A stretch of 64,000 bases of DNA from NCBI RefSeq assembly GCF_009914755.1, contig NC_060938.1; one strand, written 5' to 3'. Origin of the DNA: the human T2T-CHM13v2.0 reference genome, Homo sapiens. The stretch's first letter is position 1. Each line of letters begins with the position of its first letter. Shown one piece after another: positions 1-12,191 of the stretch. Position numbers and translations under genes: made by a program. The notes under the pieces are model-generated. The model saw nothing but the letters and a program-made list of their open reading frames with translations. It was not told the DNA's origin and did no database searches.

Positions 1-154
1 AAATGTGAAAAGGTTAAAAATGAGCAGAAATAGTCACCATTTCCATGTTATGATATACAAATATATCAACAAATGTCTAGGTGTATGTTCGAATAAATAT
101 TTTAAAAGTCATGTGTAGATTTACTTAGCTTAAAAATGGAAACCAGGAATATGA

Positions 155-596
<442 letters not shown>

Positions 597-809
597 TGAA
601 CATATGCAAAGTCAAAACTGTGGAAAGGAACTAACTACAGGGCTATTGGTTGTATTTTTTTTTTTGAAAATTACTTGAATAATTGTTGATTCCAGAGGCT
701 TTAGTAAAGATTATATTGAGACAGAAACACAGTTTAAATCAAGCAATCGGTTATCTAGGGATGCGCCTACACAGTGAATGTATCAAACAGCAGCTTAAAT
801 TGCAAGACT

Positions 810-879
810 GGAGTAAGTACATGCAACTGGAAGCAGCAGGGATAGGAGTGAGTACATGCAACTGGAAGCAAGGATAAGG
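810..879. repeat. Two-copy tandem duplication, unit about 35 bp
   Basis: GGAGTAAGTACATGCAACTGGAAGCAGCAGGGATA followed by GGAGTGAGTACATGCAACTGGAAGCAAGGATAAGG. Confidence 0.9.
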
Positions 880-934
880 GCTACTTGATTTCTAGTATGG
901 TTGTTTAGGCACTTCTGGATGACTAATAAGAATT

Positions 935-1420
935 TCTTTTTCCTTTTAACTTTTATTTTAACTTAAAGGGTACATGTCCAGGTTTGTTACATAGGTAAAC
1001 TCGAGTCACGGGGGTTTCTTGTACAGATTATTTCATCACCCAGGTATTAAGCCTACTACCTGTTAGTTATTCTTCCTGTTCTTCTCCCTGCTCCCACCCT
1101 CTACCTTCCAAAAGGCCCCAGTGTGTGTTGTTCCCCTCCACTTGTCCATGTGTTCTCATCACTTGGCTCTCACTTATAAGGGAGAACTTCCCGTGTTTGG
1201 TTTTCTGTTCCTGCATTAGTTTGCTAAGGTTGACCTCTAGCTCCAACTAAGTCCCTGCAGAGGACATGATCTTGTTCTTTCTTTGTGGCGTAGTATTCCA
1301 TGGTGTATATGAACCACAATTTCTTTATCTAGTCTATCGTTGATGAGCATTTAGGTTGATTCCATGTCTTTGCTCTTGTGAATACTGCTTCAACAAACAT
1401 ATGCGTGCATGTGTTTTTAC
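935..1420 (-). mobile_element. L1 3' end fragment (older L1PA, about L1PA13-16)
   Basis: Antisense L1 3'UTR/ORF2 end: GGGTACATGTCCAGGTTTGTTACATAGGTAAAC...TAGTATTCCATGGTGTATATG...GGTTGATTCCATGTCTTTGC. Confidence 0.9.
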
Positions 1421-1504
1421 AAGGCCTCCGTACTCACAATCAAATATAACCTCTGACTCCTTGAGTCTCTGGGAACACACTCAAGACAGAGGAGAAGGGA
1501 GCAA

Positions 1505-1698
1505 AAAGAGAGAAATGGTGGGAGGGGGATAAGGATTGTAAAACTAACTGTTGGGTACTATGCTCGCCAGCGGAATGACAGGAACATTCATATCCAAACC
1601 TCGGCATCATATATATATATATACATATCCATATAACAAACCTGCGCAAGGACCCACTGAATCTAAAATAAAAGTTGAAATTACTTAAAAAAAAAAAA
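1505..1698 (+). mobile_element. L1 3' end fragment (L1PA16/L1PB-like) with poly(A)
   Basis: AAAACTAACTGTTGGGTACTATGCTC...TAACAAACCTGCGCA...CTGAATCTAAAATAAAAGTTGAAA then an A-tract. Confidence 0.85.
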
Positions 1699-1748
1699 GA
1701 GAGAGGAAGGGAGAGGGAGGGAGGGAGGGAGGAAGGGAGCAAGAAAGA
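1699..1748. repeat. GA-rich low-complexity tract
   Basis: GAGAGAGGAAGGGAGAGGGAGGGAGGGAGGGAGGAAGGGAG. Confidence 0.85.
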
Positions 1749-2379
1749 ATACAGTGCGCAGTTTAGCATGAATCACGCTACAAAGCAGACAAATTTGTGT
1801 CACATAATGTTCATGATACCCATGGAAGCAGATAATGTTTTTGTTACGAATTCACTGATGAAGTCAGTGAGGTTCTAACAGGTTAAGAACCATGTCCATG
1901 TTACACACATAAAATGCTGTACCAGCTGGTCTGTTGGAATCCAAAGCCCACGTGCTGAACTTCGCTGGCAGCCTTTGACTTAAAATTGGAGGAGCGTAAG
2001 GAGAAGTTCTGAACATGAAGTGTGGGACTAAACGGATGGTGGACTGCAGGGTTGGACAAAGAGAACAGGTTGACATAGTATCTCCAAGGTCAGTAGGCAA
2101 GAGGGTGTTTACAAAGGTCTTCAAGGGAGGCAGCTGTGGCCAATAAAAAGGGAATTTCAGAGAGAATCATGGGAACCTAGGGTGCTGTGAAAGATTAAAA
2201 GACAGAGGAGTCCCACAGAGAGAATTAATGAAAGACCACAAGCACAGTGGGAAGGCCAGGTAGCAAGGACCCTGCTCAGGGTTCAAGGTCAATAGAGTAA
2301 TGATATGAGCAGCATCAGGGGGTCCTCACATGTGACAAACCCCAGTAAGAGAAATGGTGTTTATTTCATCACCTAGAAA

Positions 2380-2560
2380 AACACTGTCCGAGGAACTTTA
2401 GTTATAAGGAAAATGTTCTGTATTTATGCTTCCTAATGCAGAAACCACTAGCCACATACGTACTCGAAGTGTGGCTTCTGCAATTGAGAACCTGACTTCT
2501 TAATTAAATTGAAATATAAATAGCCACATGGAGCTCGTGGCTACCGTGTTGGGCAGCAGA
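2380..2560 (+). mobile_element. MER3 (hAT-Charlie MITE)
   Basis: CACTGTCCGAGGAACTTT...AAATGTTCTGTA...CCACTAGCCACAT...AATAGCCACATGGAGCTCGTGGCTACCGTGTTGGGCAGC matches MER3 with inverted termini. Confidence 0.8.
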
Positions 2561-3381
2561 GACGAGAGCTGTAGGATTACGGGGAGAGGCAAAATATAGA
2601 TTGACCTATAACTGACATCAGATAGTAAGACAGCATTGATATCAAAACAGAGACTGTTAGGCCTTTTAGCACCTTGTCAGGAACTCGGGTGAGAGCTGGA
2701 TAGTGCTTTGCCTAAAAGCAGCCATTCCAGGCCTTTTTTCTGCTCTCACTGAAAGCAAAGAAAATTCTTCTTTCTTTCTTATCAGGAATCTGGCTTCATA
2801 TATTCTCTTTCATGTATGTTCAAGCTCATTTTCCTCTTCCCTTGCAAGCATGGTTATGTCTCTCCCACACTAAAAACAACAAAAATTACCAATAATAATA
2901 ATAACGGAAATACTTCCTCAGCCTTCCTTATCCCTCCAGACACACTTGTCCCTCCCTCCTCCCTCACATTGCCAAGCTTCCTGAAATAGCACCACATAGA
3001 AAGGATTTTCACATCTTTGTCCTTCATTCATTCTCAGCCTACTGGTCATGATCCTCTTGCTGAAAATAGGCTCACTTCACTGAAAATATTAACGTTGACA
3101 AATCCAAAGACACTCCTAATTTTTAACCTTAGTTGAATCATGTGTGTGCATTTGCCCATGTTAAACAGTCTCAGAAAATCTTTTCTCCGTTGGCTTCAAT
3201 AACATAATTCTCTCTAGGCCTTTTTGTCCATTCTTTTGGTCTCCATATTTCATCCTTTTTTCTTTGCCAATTTATTTATCTACTTTTAAATGATGAGGCT
3301 CCATAAGGCTTTTTTAAAGCTTTGGTTTTCTCCCACCAAAAATATTTCCTGGTCCTTCTCATACATTAGAAAAATCTCTCA

Positions 3382-3615
3382 GGAGGCCGAGGCAGGCGAA
3401 TCACAAGGTCAGGAGATCAAGACCATCCTGGCTAACACAGTGAAACCCCATCTCTACTAAAAATACAAAAAATTAGCCGGGCGTGGTGCCACATACCATG
3501 TAGTCTCAGCTACTCGGGGAGGCGGAGCTTGCAGTGAACCAAGATCGCACCACTGCACTCCAGCCTGGGCGACAGAGCGAGACTCCATCTCAAAAAAAAA
3601 AAAAAAGAAAAAAAA
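3382..3615 (+). mobile_element. AluY, 5'-truncated, with an internal deletion in the right arm
   Basis: GACCATCCTGGCTAACACAGTG and GGCGGAGCTTGCAGTG AluY diagnostics; poly(A); the TGAGGCAGGAGAATGGCGTGAACC segment is absent. Confidence 0.92.
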
Positions 3616-3639
3616 GATACTATTAAGTTTGTATCACCC

Positions 3640-3850
3640 ACTGGTCCAGGCATTTTATAGGCATTAATTTATTCACTGTTGATAACAGGGTTATACCAGA
3701 TACTGCTATTGTCTTCATTTTAAAGGTAACACTGAGACTCAGAGAAGCTAAACAATTTGCTCAAGGCTGAACAGTTGCTAAGTTATGAGGATGGAGATTG
3801 AATTTAAGCACTGTAGCTCTAGGGTCCATGTTCTCACCTTCTATATGATG
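3640..3850 (-). mobile_element. MIR
   Basis: ACTGAGACTCAGAGAAGCTAAACAATTTGCTCAAGG antisense MIR core. Confidence 0.75.
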
Positions 3851-5529
3851 CTGGCTGTATGATGACTCCATTTGTTGCTCATTCCATTTTTCTACAGCTC
3901 TCATTGAAGCACATTGATTAGTCCATGCATGTCCATCCTGATAACCCAATATGCAGCAAAAATGCTTTTGATGAGCACGTCTGCTGTCTGCCTTTGTGAA
4001 TGTTCCAGTGCTTGCTCAACCTGAACAAGAACAAAATGGAGCTATTCTCTCCCAGCCCAACCCACCCTTCTGTATCAGGTTATAAGCATCACCAGCTACC
4101 TGAGAGGCCAGGTCAGGATCCAGGTGTTCATTCTGGACTTTCTTTCCACATTTCACACCATCTTATCTTTTGCATCCCCCGTTTCTTGGCATAGTTCAGG
4201 GCTGTATCATTTCTTGGTAGAATAACTCGCATACACTACTATTTGGCCAACATGTCCTAAGTGCACCCAAGCCCCCCAAAACACTCACTCATATAAACAA
4301 TCTGCCCTTAAAACTCTTGCTAGCTTCATGTTTCTAAAATGCAAAATAGAATTAACTTTTATCTTATTTAAAATTATTTAATAGCTTCCCATTGGACAAT
4401 TTTAAAAACTCTCAAATGCTTTAGCATGGCAAGTGAACTTCACACATACCTTCCTTGCCTACCCATCCAGCCTTGTCTCTCGACTCATACCTGGCTGTGG
4501 CTTCTTTAGCTTCCACTTTCAGCTCTCTAAAAACTATGCTGCTTCCGTCTCTTCCATCTTCATATTTGTTGTTCCTCTGCCTAGAAGCACCTTGCCTCTT
4601 TCACGCACACTTTGCCTCACTCGGGACCTACTAAGACTTTGTCTTCTGTGTTCCCCTCATGCCTTATATTTTAAAGACTTAACTATTATGTTTCAGTTAT
4701 GCAGTTCCTCTTTTCCTCACTACTTTAAGAAGTGGGACTGTGTAGCATTTTTTTTTCCTCTTGCCACTGCATTTTATTGCTTGGATCCTCAGTGAATGTT
4801 TGAATGAATGAATGAATGGCTGAATGAATGTCATTTCCCCTTCTTCCATGAGCACTTTGGCTATATATGAGAATGGAGAGGAGTCTCTTGGAAACTGACA
4901 ACAAGAAATTTGGAATATTTCCTCCATTCCACCCCTTCTATCAGCCCTGAAACTCTCCTCTCTAGGCATGGTTTTTCTCACATTTTGAGGAGGGAAATGC
5001 CACTCTGGAGATTCTTTCCCTTGGGTAAAATGCTGTTGGCAAGTCTCCTAGAGCAGCAGGGTGGGGCTCTGGGGAGAGGAGGGACCACACACAAGCAGCA
5101 ACACTCAGAGATTTTCATTCCTGCTTTATCCTCCATTACTGCACCCACTTCAAGAATGTCCTTAAGTCTGGCAGTAGGTTTGGAGACGTGGAAGCCCCAG
5201 AAAATGTATAATTTTGCCCGAAAAATACAGTCTCTTTGCATTTTCTAAAGTACAGTGAGAGTTTAGAAGCTATTTTCTGTTCTTGGGAAGAATGTGGTAG
5301 GGAAAAGGTGGGGGCTGTGTTGATCCCCCACAAGTAATGCAAAAAAAATTTTTTAAGGCACATTATATTGCAAAAGTATTGTGTAGCTCCTATGAACAAG
5401 GAGAGTAAAGTGATGTAGTTATCTCACGGATTGATGCTCTTCCTAATTATTGAGTAGCAACTATTGCCAAGGCATACCTCTCCTTGTGTGGGCCACATAC
5501 CTAATGACACCAACTCAGTAATGCTACTA

Positions 5530-5790
5530 CTAATAATAACTACAACAAGAGCTAATATTATGTGCTTACTATTTGCCAGTCATTGTTTAAAATGCTTCAC
5601 ATAACTAAATGCTTAACCCATAACTCAATAAATCGAACAATATATAAAGACCTTTCCAAGGAAATCATCTAATTTTGGCAGTTTTTAAGGTTAATTATTT
5701 TATGAATGGCAAAAGTAAGGCCCAGAGTGGTTGATTCCTCAAGTTTCTACAGCTAGTCAGTGTAAAAGCCAAAAATCCTGGCCTATGACC
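5530..5790 (-). mobile_element. MIR
   Basis: TAATAATAAC..GTGCTTACTATTTGCCAG..AAGTAAGGCCCAGAGTGGTT..ACAGCTAGTCAGTG. Confidence 0.65.
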
Positions 5791-7559
5791 AGCATCTGGG
5801 GAGTCAAAAGAACTCCACGGCGTGAGGTTTTCAGTATTGAAAATGCTGTTCTACCTTTGAGGACTCTCCTCATAGAGACTGAATCCCAAATTCTGAAGCC
5901 TTATATGACCACAGTTTTTTTACCTATCCACTAATGTGTTCATTGCATAGGTGTGCATGACTACCATTCTATATATAATTATATATAATTTAATTCACAA
6001 GTATAGAATATCCCTTAAGCTGCCCCCAAAAAAGGCAATCTTGTCCTAATACGAAATCATCACATAAATAGCAAACATCTCACTGTGCCTGTGTTAGGCT
6101 CTGATTTTAAGAAAAGAAGGGGAATCCACACTGCCATCCATTAACCAGTTACAAAGCTCGTACTCTGTAGCTGGTACTGTGTTAGGGCCAAGACAGAGAG
6201 ATGGGAATAGCACTGCAGCCCTGCTGTCAAGTGTGTTTGGTGTCATGAAAGAATCTGTTTGTGTTCCTAGACTGAGCTATATTTTCCATTGATTGTCATT
6301 TTTGTGTGCTTCTTAAATAGTAAGATTATTTTTCTTCACCTTATCTTTGTAAGAAGCACAAGCCATAAATACTCCTAAAAAAATGGAAAAGAAAGTGATA
6401 AAGAGTTGAGCAGATATAGGCATAAGAAACTAATGGTGAAGAAAAGAAAGAACATCAACTGCAAATATAGGAAGTGTCTGGAGAAACCTAAAGGCAGTTG
6501 AAGAAGAAGAGAGTATATTGGGGTCATACATGGGCCAGCCAGGTTTCTTTGGAGACAACTGTTTACAGTGATGTCCAATTCCTACTTGGATGATCAAGCC
6601 AAAACTGGTATGTATCATATCTCTGGAGGAATGTGAAAGGGTGATGTCTTTAGCACCTAAGCCAGGGAACACCTGGGATATTTAGTCGAGTAATTGGATG
6701 TAACTTAACTAGAAATAACTTTCGGATTCTTTCTCAGAAGACCATTAAGAGAATCAGGCGTTATACTTTGAGAAATGTGACCATGCATCAAATCTACAAC
6801 CTGAAAGAAGTCAAGACATTTTGAGAAAGCAAAGATAATTGCAGGAAGGAGCACTGGAAATAAGATAAAATTAAATTTAGAAAGTGTTTTCTCAAGTGGA
6901 TTTGTTTGTTTGCCCATTCTGAATAATGAGCATGCAAAAGATTAGACAAGTGTACTGTGGGCTTTGGTGAAGGCAAAGAAGGCTGAGGACTATAGGAAAG
7001 CCGGGCACTCAGAGCAGAGGTAAGGGGAGAGGGAGGGAGATGCTTGTAAATGAAGGCAAAACCACATATTATAGAGGCTCACAATCAATTAAATATTTGA
7101 GTTTTATATTCACATGAAAACAAACAAAATGTCAGAGGTCTGTTGCCTGATCAGCTTTGGAAGCTTCAAATCGAAAATGGGCAAGGATTTTATGCTCTGC
7201 ATTCAATTACTGAGTAGAACTCATTTTGACCCTCAAAACAAACAGGATATTTCACTGAGATCCAGAGAGCAGAGAGGAAAGGCTCTTGAATTCCATCTGA
7301 TATTACACTCAGTTTTCAGCTCTGTAATTCTCTCCACCAAACAAAACAGCCAGCTGTGTCAGTGTCATCCAAAATCTGAAGGCCTTTCCAGCTAGAAGCC
7401 TCAGGGGAAAAAAAGAAATTCTATACTAAAAAATTAGTTTATTTTCTATGTAAATAGAATTCAGGTTAGAGGAAAAAGTTCCTTGTTTTTCATTTGTTTA
7501 TAGACTCCTAATCAATTAAAATATGTATGAATCATTTTCTAGTGGAATTCATATGAGAA

Positions 7560-7710
7560 AGTGGAGCAAAGGGATGCATTTCAGGTATGGGAGATGAGAA
7601 CAAAGGAAAGGGGGATGAAGAGTAGAAAGGGAAGAAAAGAAAGAAAGAGAGGAGGAAAAAGAATAAAGAGGGAGGGAAAAGAAGGGAAAGAAAGGAGAAA
7701 ACTGGGAGGC
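7560..7710. repeat. Purine-rich (GA) low-complexity tract
   Basis: Almost all A/G on the + strand; source of the Phe/Ser/Leu-rich minus-strand ORFs. Confidence 0.8.
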
Positions 7711-7734
7711 AGTTTCCTCTTTCTGCTGAGATAT

Positions 7735-7915
7735 TTGACATACATTATCAAATGTAGCCTCACAACTCTTCTGTGAGATAGATTGTACAATTAGACCCAG
7801 ATTAGAGAGAGGAAAGCAAAGCTTTGAGAAGTTCTGTAAGCCCAGTGTCTCATATTTAGCAAGAATTGGAGCCAGACATCCACCCAAGTCTATCTGCCAC
7901 CAAATCCCATGCTTG
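7735..7915 (-). mobile_element. MIR
   Basis: CCTCACAACTCTTCTGTGAGATAG...GAGGAAAGCAAAGCTTTGAGAAG...GGAGCCAGACATCCACCCAAGTCT. Confidence 0.55.
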
Positions 7916-8726
7916 CGAGGTCAGCCTAGGATGGAGAGGGGGTGATATTCAAATTAGCTTCATCTATGTCCCATCTACCTGAGATAGATGTGTGGTTACC
8001 AAACATTGAGCATGCATCGTGCCCAAAGAAGTGACTTTCTTAGTGGGGTAAAATTCGGAAAAACCGATTTTGGCCAAGTATTTTATACACTATATGTAAA
8101 TAGAGTAAAACATGATTAAAAACAAAATATCCTCTTTTTACCAAATCCCACTCAAGTCTCTACTTAAAATAATCCATTCATTGGAATTCTCACATAAAGA
8201 GATGAGAAATGTATAGGATATTGAGGAGGTAAGACAAAGAAGGAAGAAATTTTTAGGGGACAGAATATCACCTTCTAACTAAAAATGGAAAACAGAAAGA
8301 CTGCATTTCCAGTGGCTTCCTAGACAGGAGTCTATGTTTCCCACTATTTGAGAATGATTAATGAATTGACCTCCTGTGTGCCACTTTGAAAACACACCAA
8401 ATGTGCTTAGTTTGGCAGAGTAGTAGAGGAGGAACTATTCACACAGAACAAAAAAGGCTGCTGTTTGCCAGTAGCTATTAACTCGCGGCTATATCAACAC
8501 TTGCGCAGTTAACAATAATCTTATCCAAGAGTCTATTCTTGTAGAACCTCGAGGGTTGAAGAAATATTTTATTGGCAGCGTCCCTAATCTTATAAGTAGC
8601 AATATGTTTTGACAAAATGAAACCACACAATTCTCACCTAGTCTTGGGTTTACTTTCTTATGAGAGCATCTGAGGCTGAAAATAAAAAGCATTCCCAAAC
8701 CCCTGCCACCTTCCCCTGCCTTCCGC

Positions 8727-8751
8727 AAAAAAAAAAAAAAAAAAAAAAAAA
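8727..8751. repeat. Poly(dA) tract, 25 bp
   Basis: Uninterrupted A run. Confidence 0.95.
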
Positions 8752-10244
8752 TATTGGCTTTACACTCAAACCTTGAGGTTCCAATTTCTTTTAAATTTTT
8801 TAGTACTCACAGTTTCTCTAAACTTATACCTTCTAGGCTTTCGAATCTAACCACCCTACATGGATGCATTTTCTTAACCTATGTGCACAAGAACACTTCA
8901 AGATTTTGTGATCAGCTACTGTTGAAATATCTCCTCTTGCTGTCATATGCTGGCTCTTAGTTTTGGGAGAAACTACAAACCTCTACTTAAATTGAGAGTT
9001 TTTAGGTATTGAAATAGTGCCCACAGCAGGAAAAGAAAAAAATTGGGTGTAGTGGCAAACTAAATTTGTAACAGAAAGTGGAAAAAAATAGCCTAGAGCA
9101 CACATAGAAAAGTTCTACTGGGAATTAATCATTTCTATCCATTGGGTCCAGTATGGAGTATAAAGAAAGGAAGATAAGTGTTATGAACAGACAGCAGTGA
9201 GTCCTCAGCAATAAGTTGTTACATGAGCCTAGCAAATTGTTGACTCTATCTTGTGATCTATCTCCATAGCTCCATGTTCTACTTCTTGAGACTTTTGTTC
9301 CACAGACTTATTGAAAAAAAAAATCCACTGAGTGTTTATAATTTGCTGAGAACTCTTCTAGATACTGGAGCTACAAAATAGATTGAAACTGGTTCCCTAC
9401 CCTCAAGTTCCCTCCCCAGCTCATGTCCTCTGAGTGGAGATAAGGGCAGCGTATGAATGAGTGATTTGAGAAGAGTGGGAAGATGATACAAGTCCCCTGC
9501 ACAAAAGAGATGCTGGCAATGGCAAGTTTGTACCTCATAAATTATAGTCCCTCAACAATATTGTTGCCATCATCTTCATCCTGACATGTGGTTTGGTGGC
9601 ATAACATTGGCAGACAATTACGTTGCAGGAGACCTGCCTGCATGACCCCACTATTATTTTAATGTAGGGGCTTCTCATGAATACCTTTTAAAAATAAATA
9701 AATAAATAACAGAAGTGCAAGTTCAGGGTAATGGTGTTGGTGGCCTAGTCCTTGTTCTACTTCATTAATTGTCCATAGTAATTTCCACATCTGTTTGGTT
9801 TTTTTTTTTCACTTTTCCAGTAAGTGAATTGTATATGATTCTCTTTAAGATTCACTCAGCTTATAATTACTTGATTCATCAAAGACAAGCTCATAAATTC
9901 ACTTTTCTTCAAGCAATACTTTTTCTGAACATTTACTATTTGTACTGCACTCATCTAGATATTCAGAACATAAAGTCACATGTAAGACATGCTCCTTTCC
10001 CTGAAGTTGCTGAAAATCCAGTGGGAGATATGGCAAATCCATAAAAGAGGTATAACCAAATTAGGCTATGAGTACTTACATAAACAAAAGGAGTAATTAA
10101 TTCTGATGGGGGAAATGGAAAACATTTCCCAAATGTAACACTTAAGTTGAATATTAAAGAGGTAGAAGTGCACCAGGCAAAAAAACAAAACACAAAAGTT
10201 ATGCTCAACTGATGGAACTTCATGAGTAAAATATTTGGCGGGAA

Positions 10245-10475
10245 ATTAACAATACCTAAAACTTACTGAGCATTTATTAAGTGCTAAAAGTTTCCTATGT
10301 ATTAACTCTCTTAAATCATTATCATAACTGTAGAAGGTAGGAACCAACATCTCCAGTATAGAAATGAAATACCCAAGCCACAGAGAGGTCAGGTAGTTTA
10401 TCCAAGATAACAGAGCTAACAAAGATGGAAATTTGACACCAAACAGTCTGAGTCCATCTGTACTTGAAACCCCCA
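10245..10475 (-). mobile_element. MIR
   Basis: ACTTACTGAGCATTTATT...GCCACAGAGAGGTCAGGTAGTTTATCCAAGATAACAGAGCTA. Confidence 0.75.
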
Positions 10476-10699
10476 GCTCATACATGTCTAGGAACAGGGG
10501 GCAGTCTAATATGGCTAAAATATAAAGTGGGATATAGAGGAGGATAAAATAAGGAGAGGATAATGAAGCCAGCCTGTAAGGGCCTTGAATGCTGTGCTAA
10601 GAAACATGGACATTATCATACAGTAGGAGGAAGTGGGTTGGAAATAAGAAAAACTACAGTGAAAAAAGATATGACAAGTGAAAGCAACAGAAGTTGTCA

Positions 10700-10960
10700 T
10701 TGCTAAGGAGACATGGGGACAACAGGAAGTGATGGGGACTGTAGTGACATAGAGAAGCCTTACATTTGCAGGAGTATGTGGGGACAGCAAATCAGTCCAA
10801 AGGGAGAAATGTCAACCTACCATTCATTGCTGGTTGCTCTTTCTCAAGAAAAACAGTAAATATCATAAGTTGATTCTACAAATTATTAAATGTTGACCAA
10901 TCAAAAAAATTTTAGACCGTGGACTAAACAAAATATGCCTGCTGGCACCCAGATTGAAAG
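10700..10960 (+). mobile_element. MER102-like (hAT-Charlie)
   Basis: GACAACAGGAAGTGATGGGGACTGTAGTG and GGACTAAACAAAATATGCCTGCTGGC resemble the MER102 body and right end. Confidence 0.55.
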
Positions 10961-11981
10961 GAGAGACATCTGTGCTTTTAGAAATCATTTCTTCTATTTT
11001 TTTTAACCTGGGAAGCAATGTAAGCTTATTAGTATTGTAGGAAGATAAATCCAGTGGTATTATAGAAAGTTGAATTGAGAGGGAAGGGCCAGTGAGAGAT
11101 TATTGCAGTAGGAAAAAGATGACAAAGGCTTGAACTAGTGGCAGTGGGAAAATCAAGGCAGGAAAGGGTTTTCAGAGGATAATTGATCTGTTAAATGTGG
11201 CTGTGGATGAGAAAGAATGTATCAACAATAACCAGGACTGTCTAGCTCTGGTGATTAGAAGGAAGGTAATGTATTGATGGAGACACAAGACATAAAAGGA
11301 AGAGCACATATCTGGAGGAAAAGAGTACGTTCAATTTGAAAAGTGTTGAAATAGGGTTTAGGAAGCATTCGAATAGTATCCAGCTCTTCTTGGCTTTTCT
11401 ATTGAAAAGAATACTCAATCATCAGATTAAGTCAGATCTGATTCACTGATCACAACTGCTTCCTCGAAAACGCTAAGAATTTAAAGCATTGCTAAAAACT
11501 GTTTATTCTTGTGAGATTTAAGCACAAAATCAATTATCAACAAGAATTAGTAACAAGAGGATTGCAAACTGTATTCCTTTTAAAAAACTTGCTCCTCCTT
11601 ACTTTCCTTTGAGTTTTGATTATGTTCTTCTGCAGGTATTTGTCTCCATTACCATGGGCAGCAAATCTGTCAAGGGAAATAGTGTTTGGTTTAGAATTTT
11701 TTTTTCAAAAAATCATCTTTGAAACTACTTGTAGTTTTGCATTAGTTTTCCTATATGTATACAATCAGGTTTCTAGGAGTTTCTATTATTTAATAATCAT
11801 AATGTACATTTAGTCCTTATTAGTAACCATAAAGCTTTTGTTCCATTAATCCATTTTAAATGACTTTGTAATCAAATATTGTATAACCATAGATCTATGA
11901 ATATTAATTAGAGACTGAATTAACTAATTTTTAGTTCCTTCTGATTTCTGTGGATTTTGATTTGATGAATTCTTTGGGGTA

Positions 11982-12191
11982 AGGAAAAATGGTATACATG
12001 GGTTATAAGAGGTTTAGGAGTCAGTTAAATGGAGGTGTCTAATCCCACAGATTGTATTACACATGCATATGTCTTTGGTTTGCCAGCATGATGTATGATT
12101 TTTTAAAGGAGATACAACTTCTCTAATGGGAAACTTCACATGCAAAATACTTGGATTTCTAATTGCCTTGACTAATCAAGATTTCTGCCAA
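11982..12191 (+). repeat. Copy A of a 210-bp direct duplication (partner 13928-14137)
   Basis: Hand alignment gives about 19 mismatches over about 210 bp. Confidence 0.95.

Larger units (their letters stand above)
2950..4830 (+). mobile_element. L2 remnant, interrupted by an Alu and a MIR
   Basis: Pyrimidine-rich L2 ORF2-like segments (GCATTTGCCCATGTT..TTGGCTTCAATAACA; GTTCCTCTGCCTAGAA) ending in the typical L2 (TGAA)n 3' end at about 4790-4830. Confidence 0.6.
9930..11380 (-). mobile_element. L2 remnant, fragmented (contains MIR and MER102 insertions)
   Basis: Purine-rich antisense L2 motifs, e.g. AAGGGCCTTGAATGCTGTGCTAAG, GATTATTGCAGTAG..GGCTTGAACTAG. Confidence 0.5.

Noticed and set aside
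935-1698. Oppositely oriented L1 fragments as a twin-priming inversion
   Set aside because: Both fragments carry their own 3' end and tail and appear to be different subfamilies, so they are two independent insertions.
7532-7887. Overlapping ORFs rich in F/S/L or K/R/E
   Set aside because: Artefact of a GA-rich low-complexity tract.
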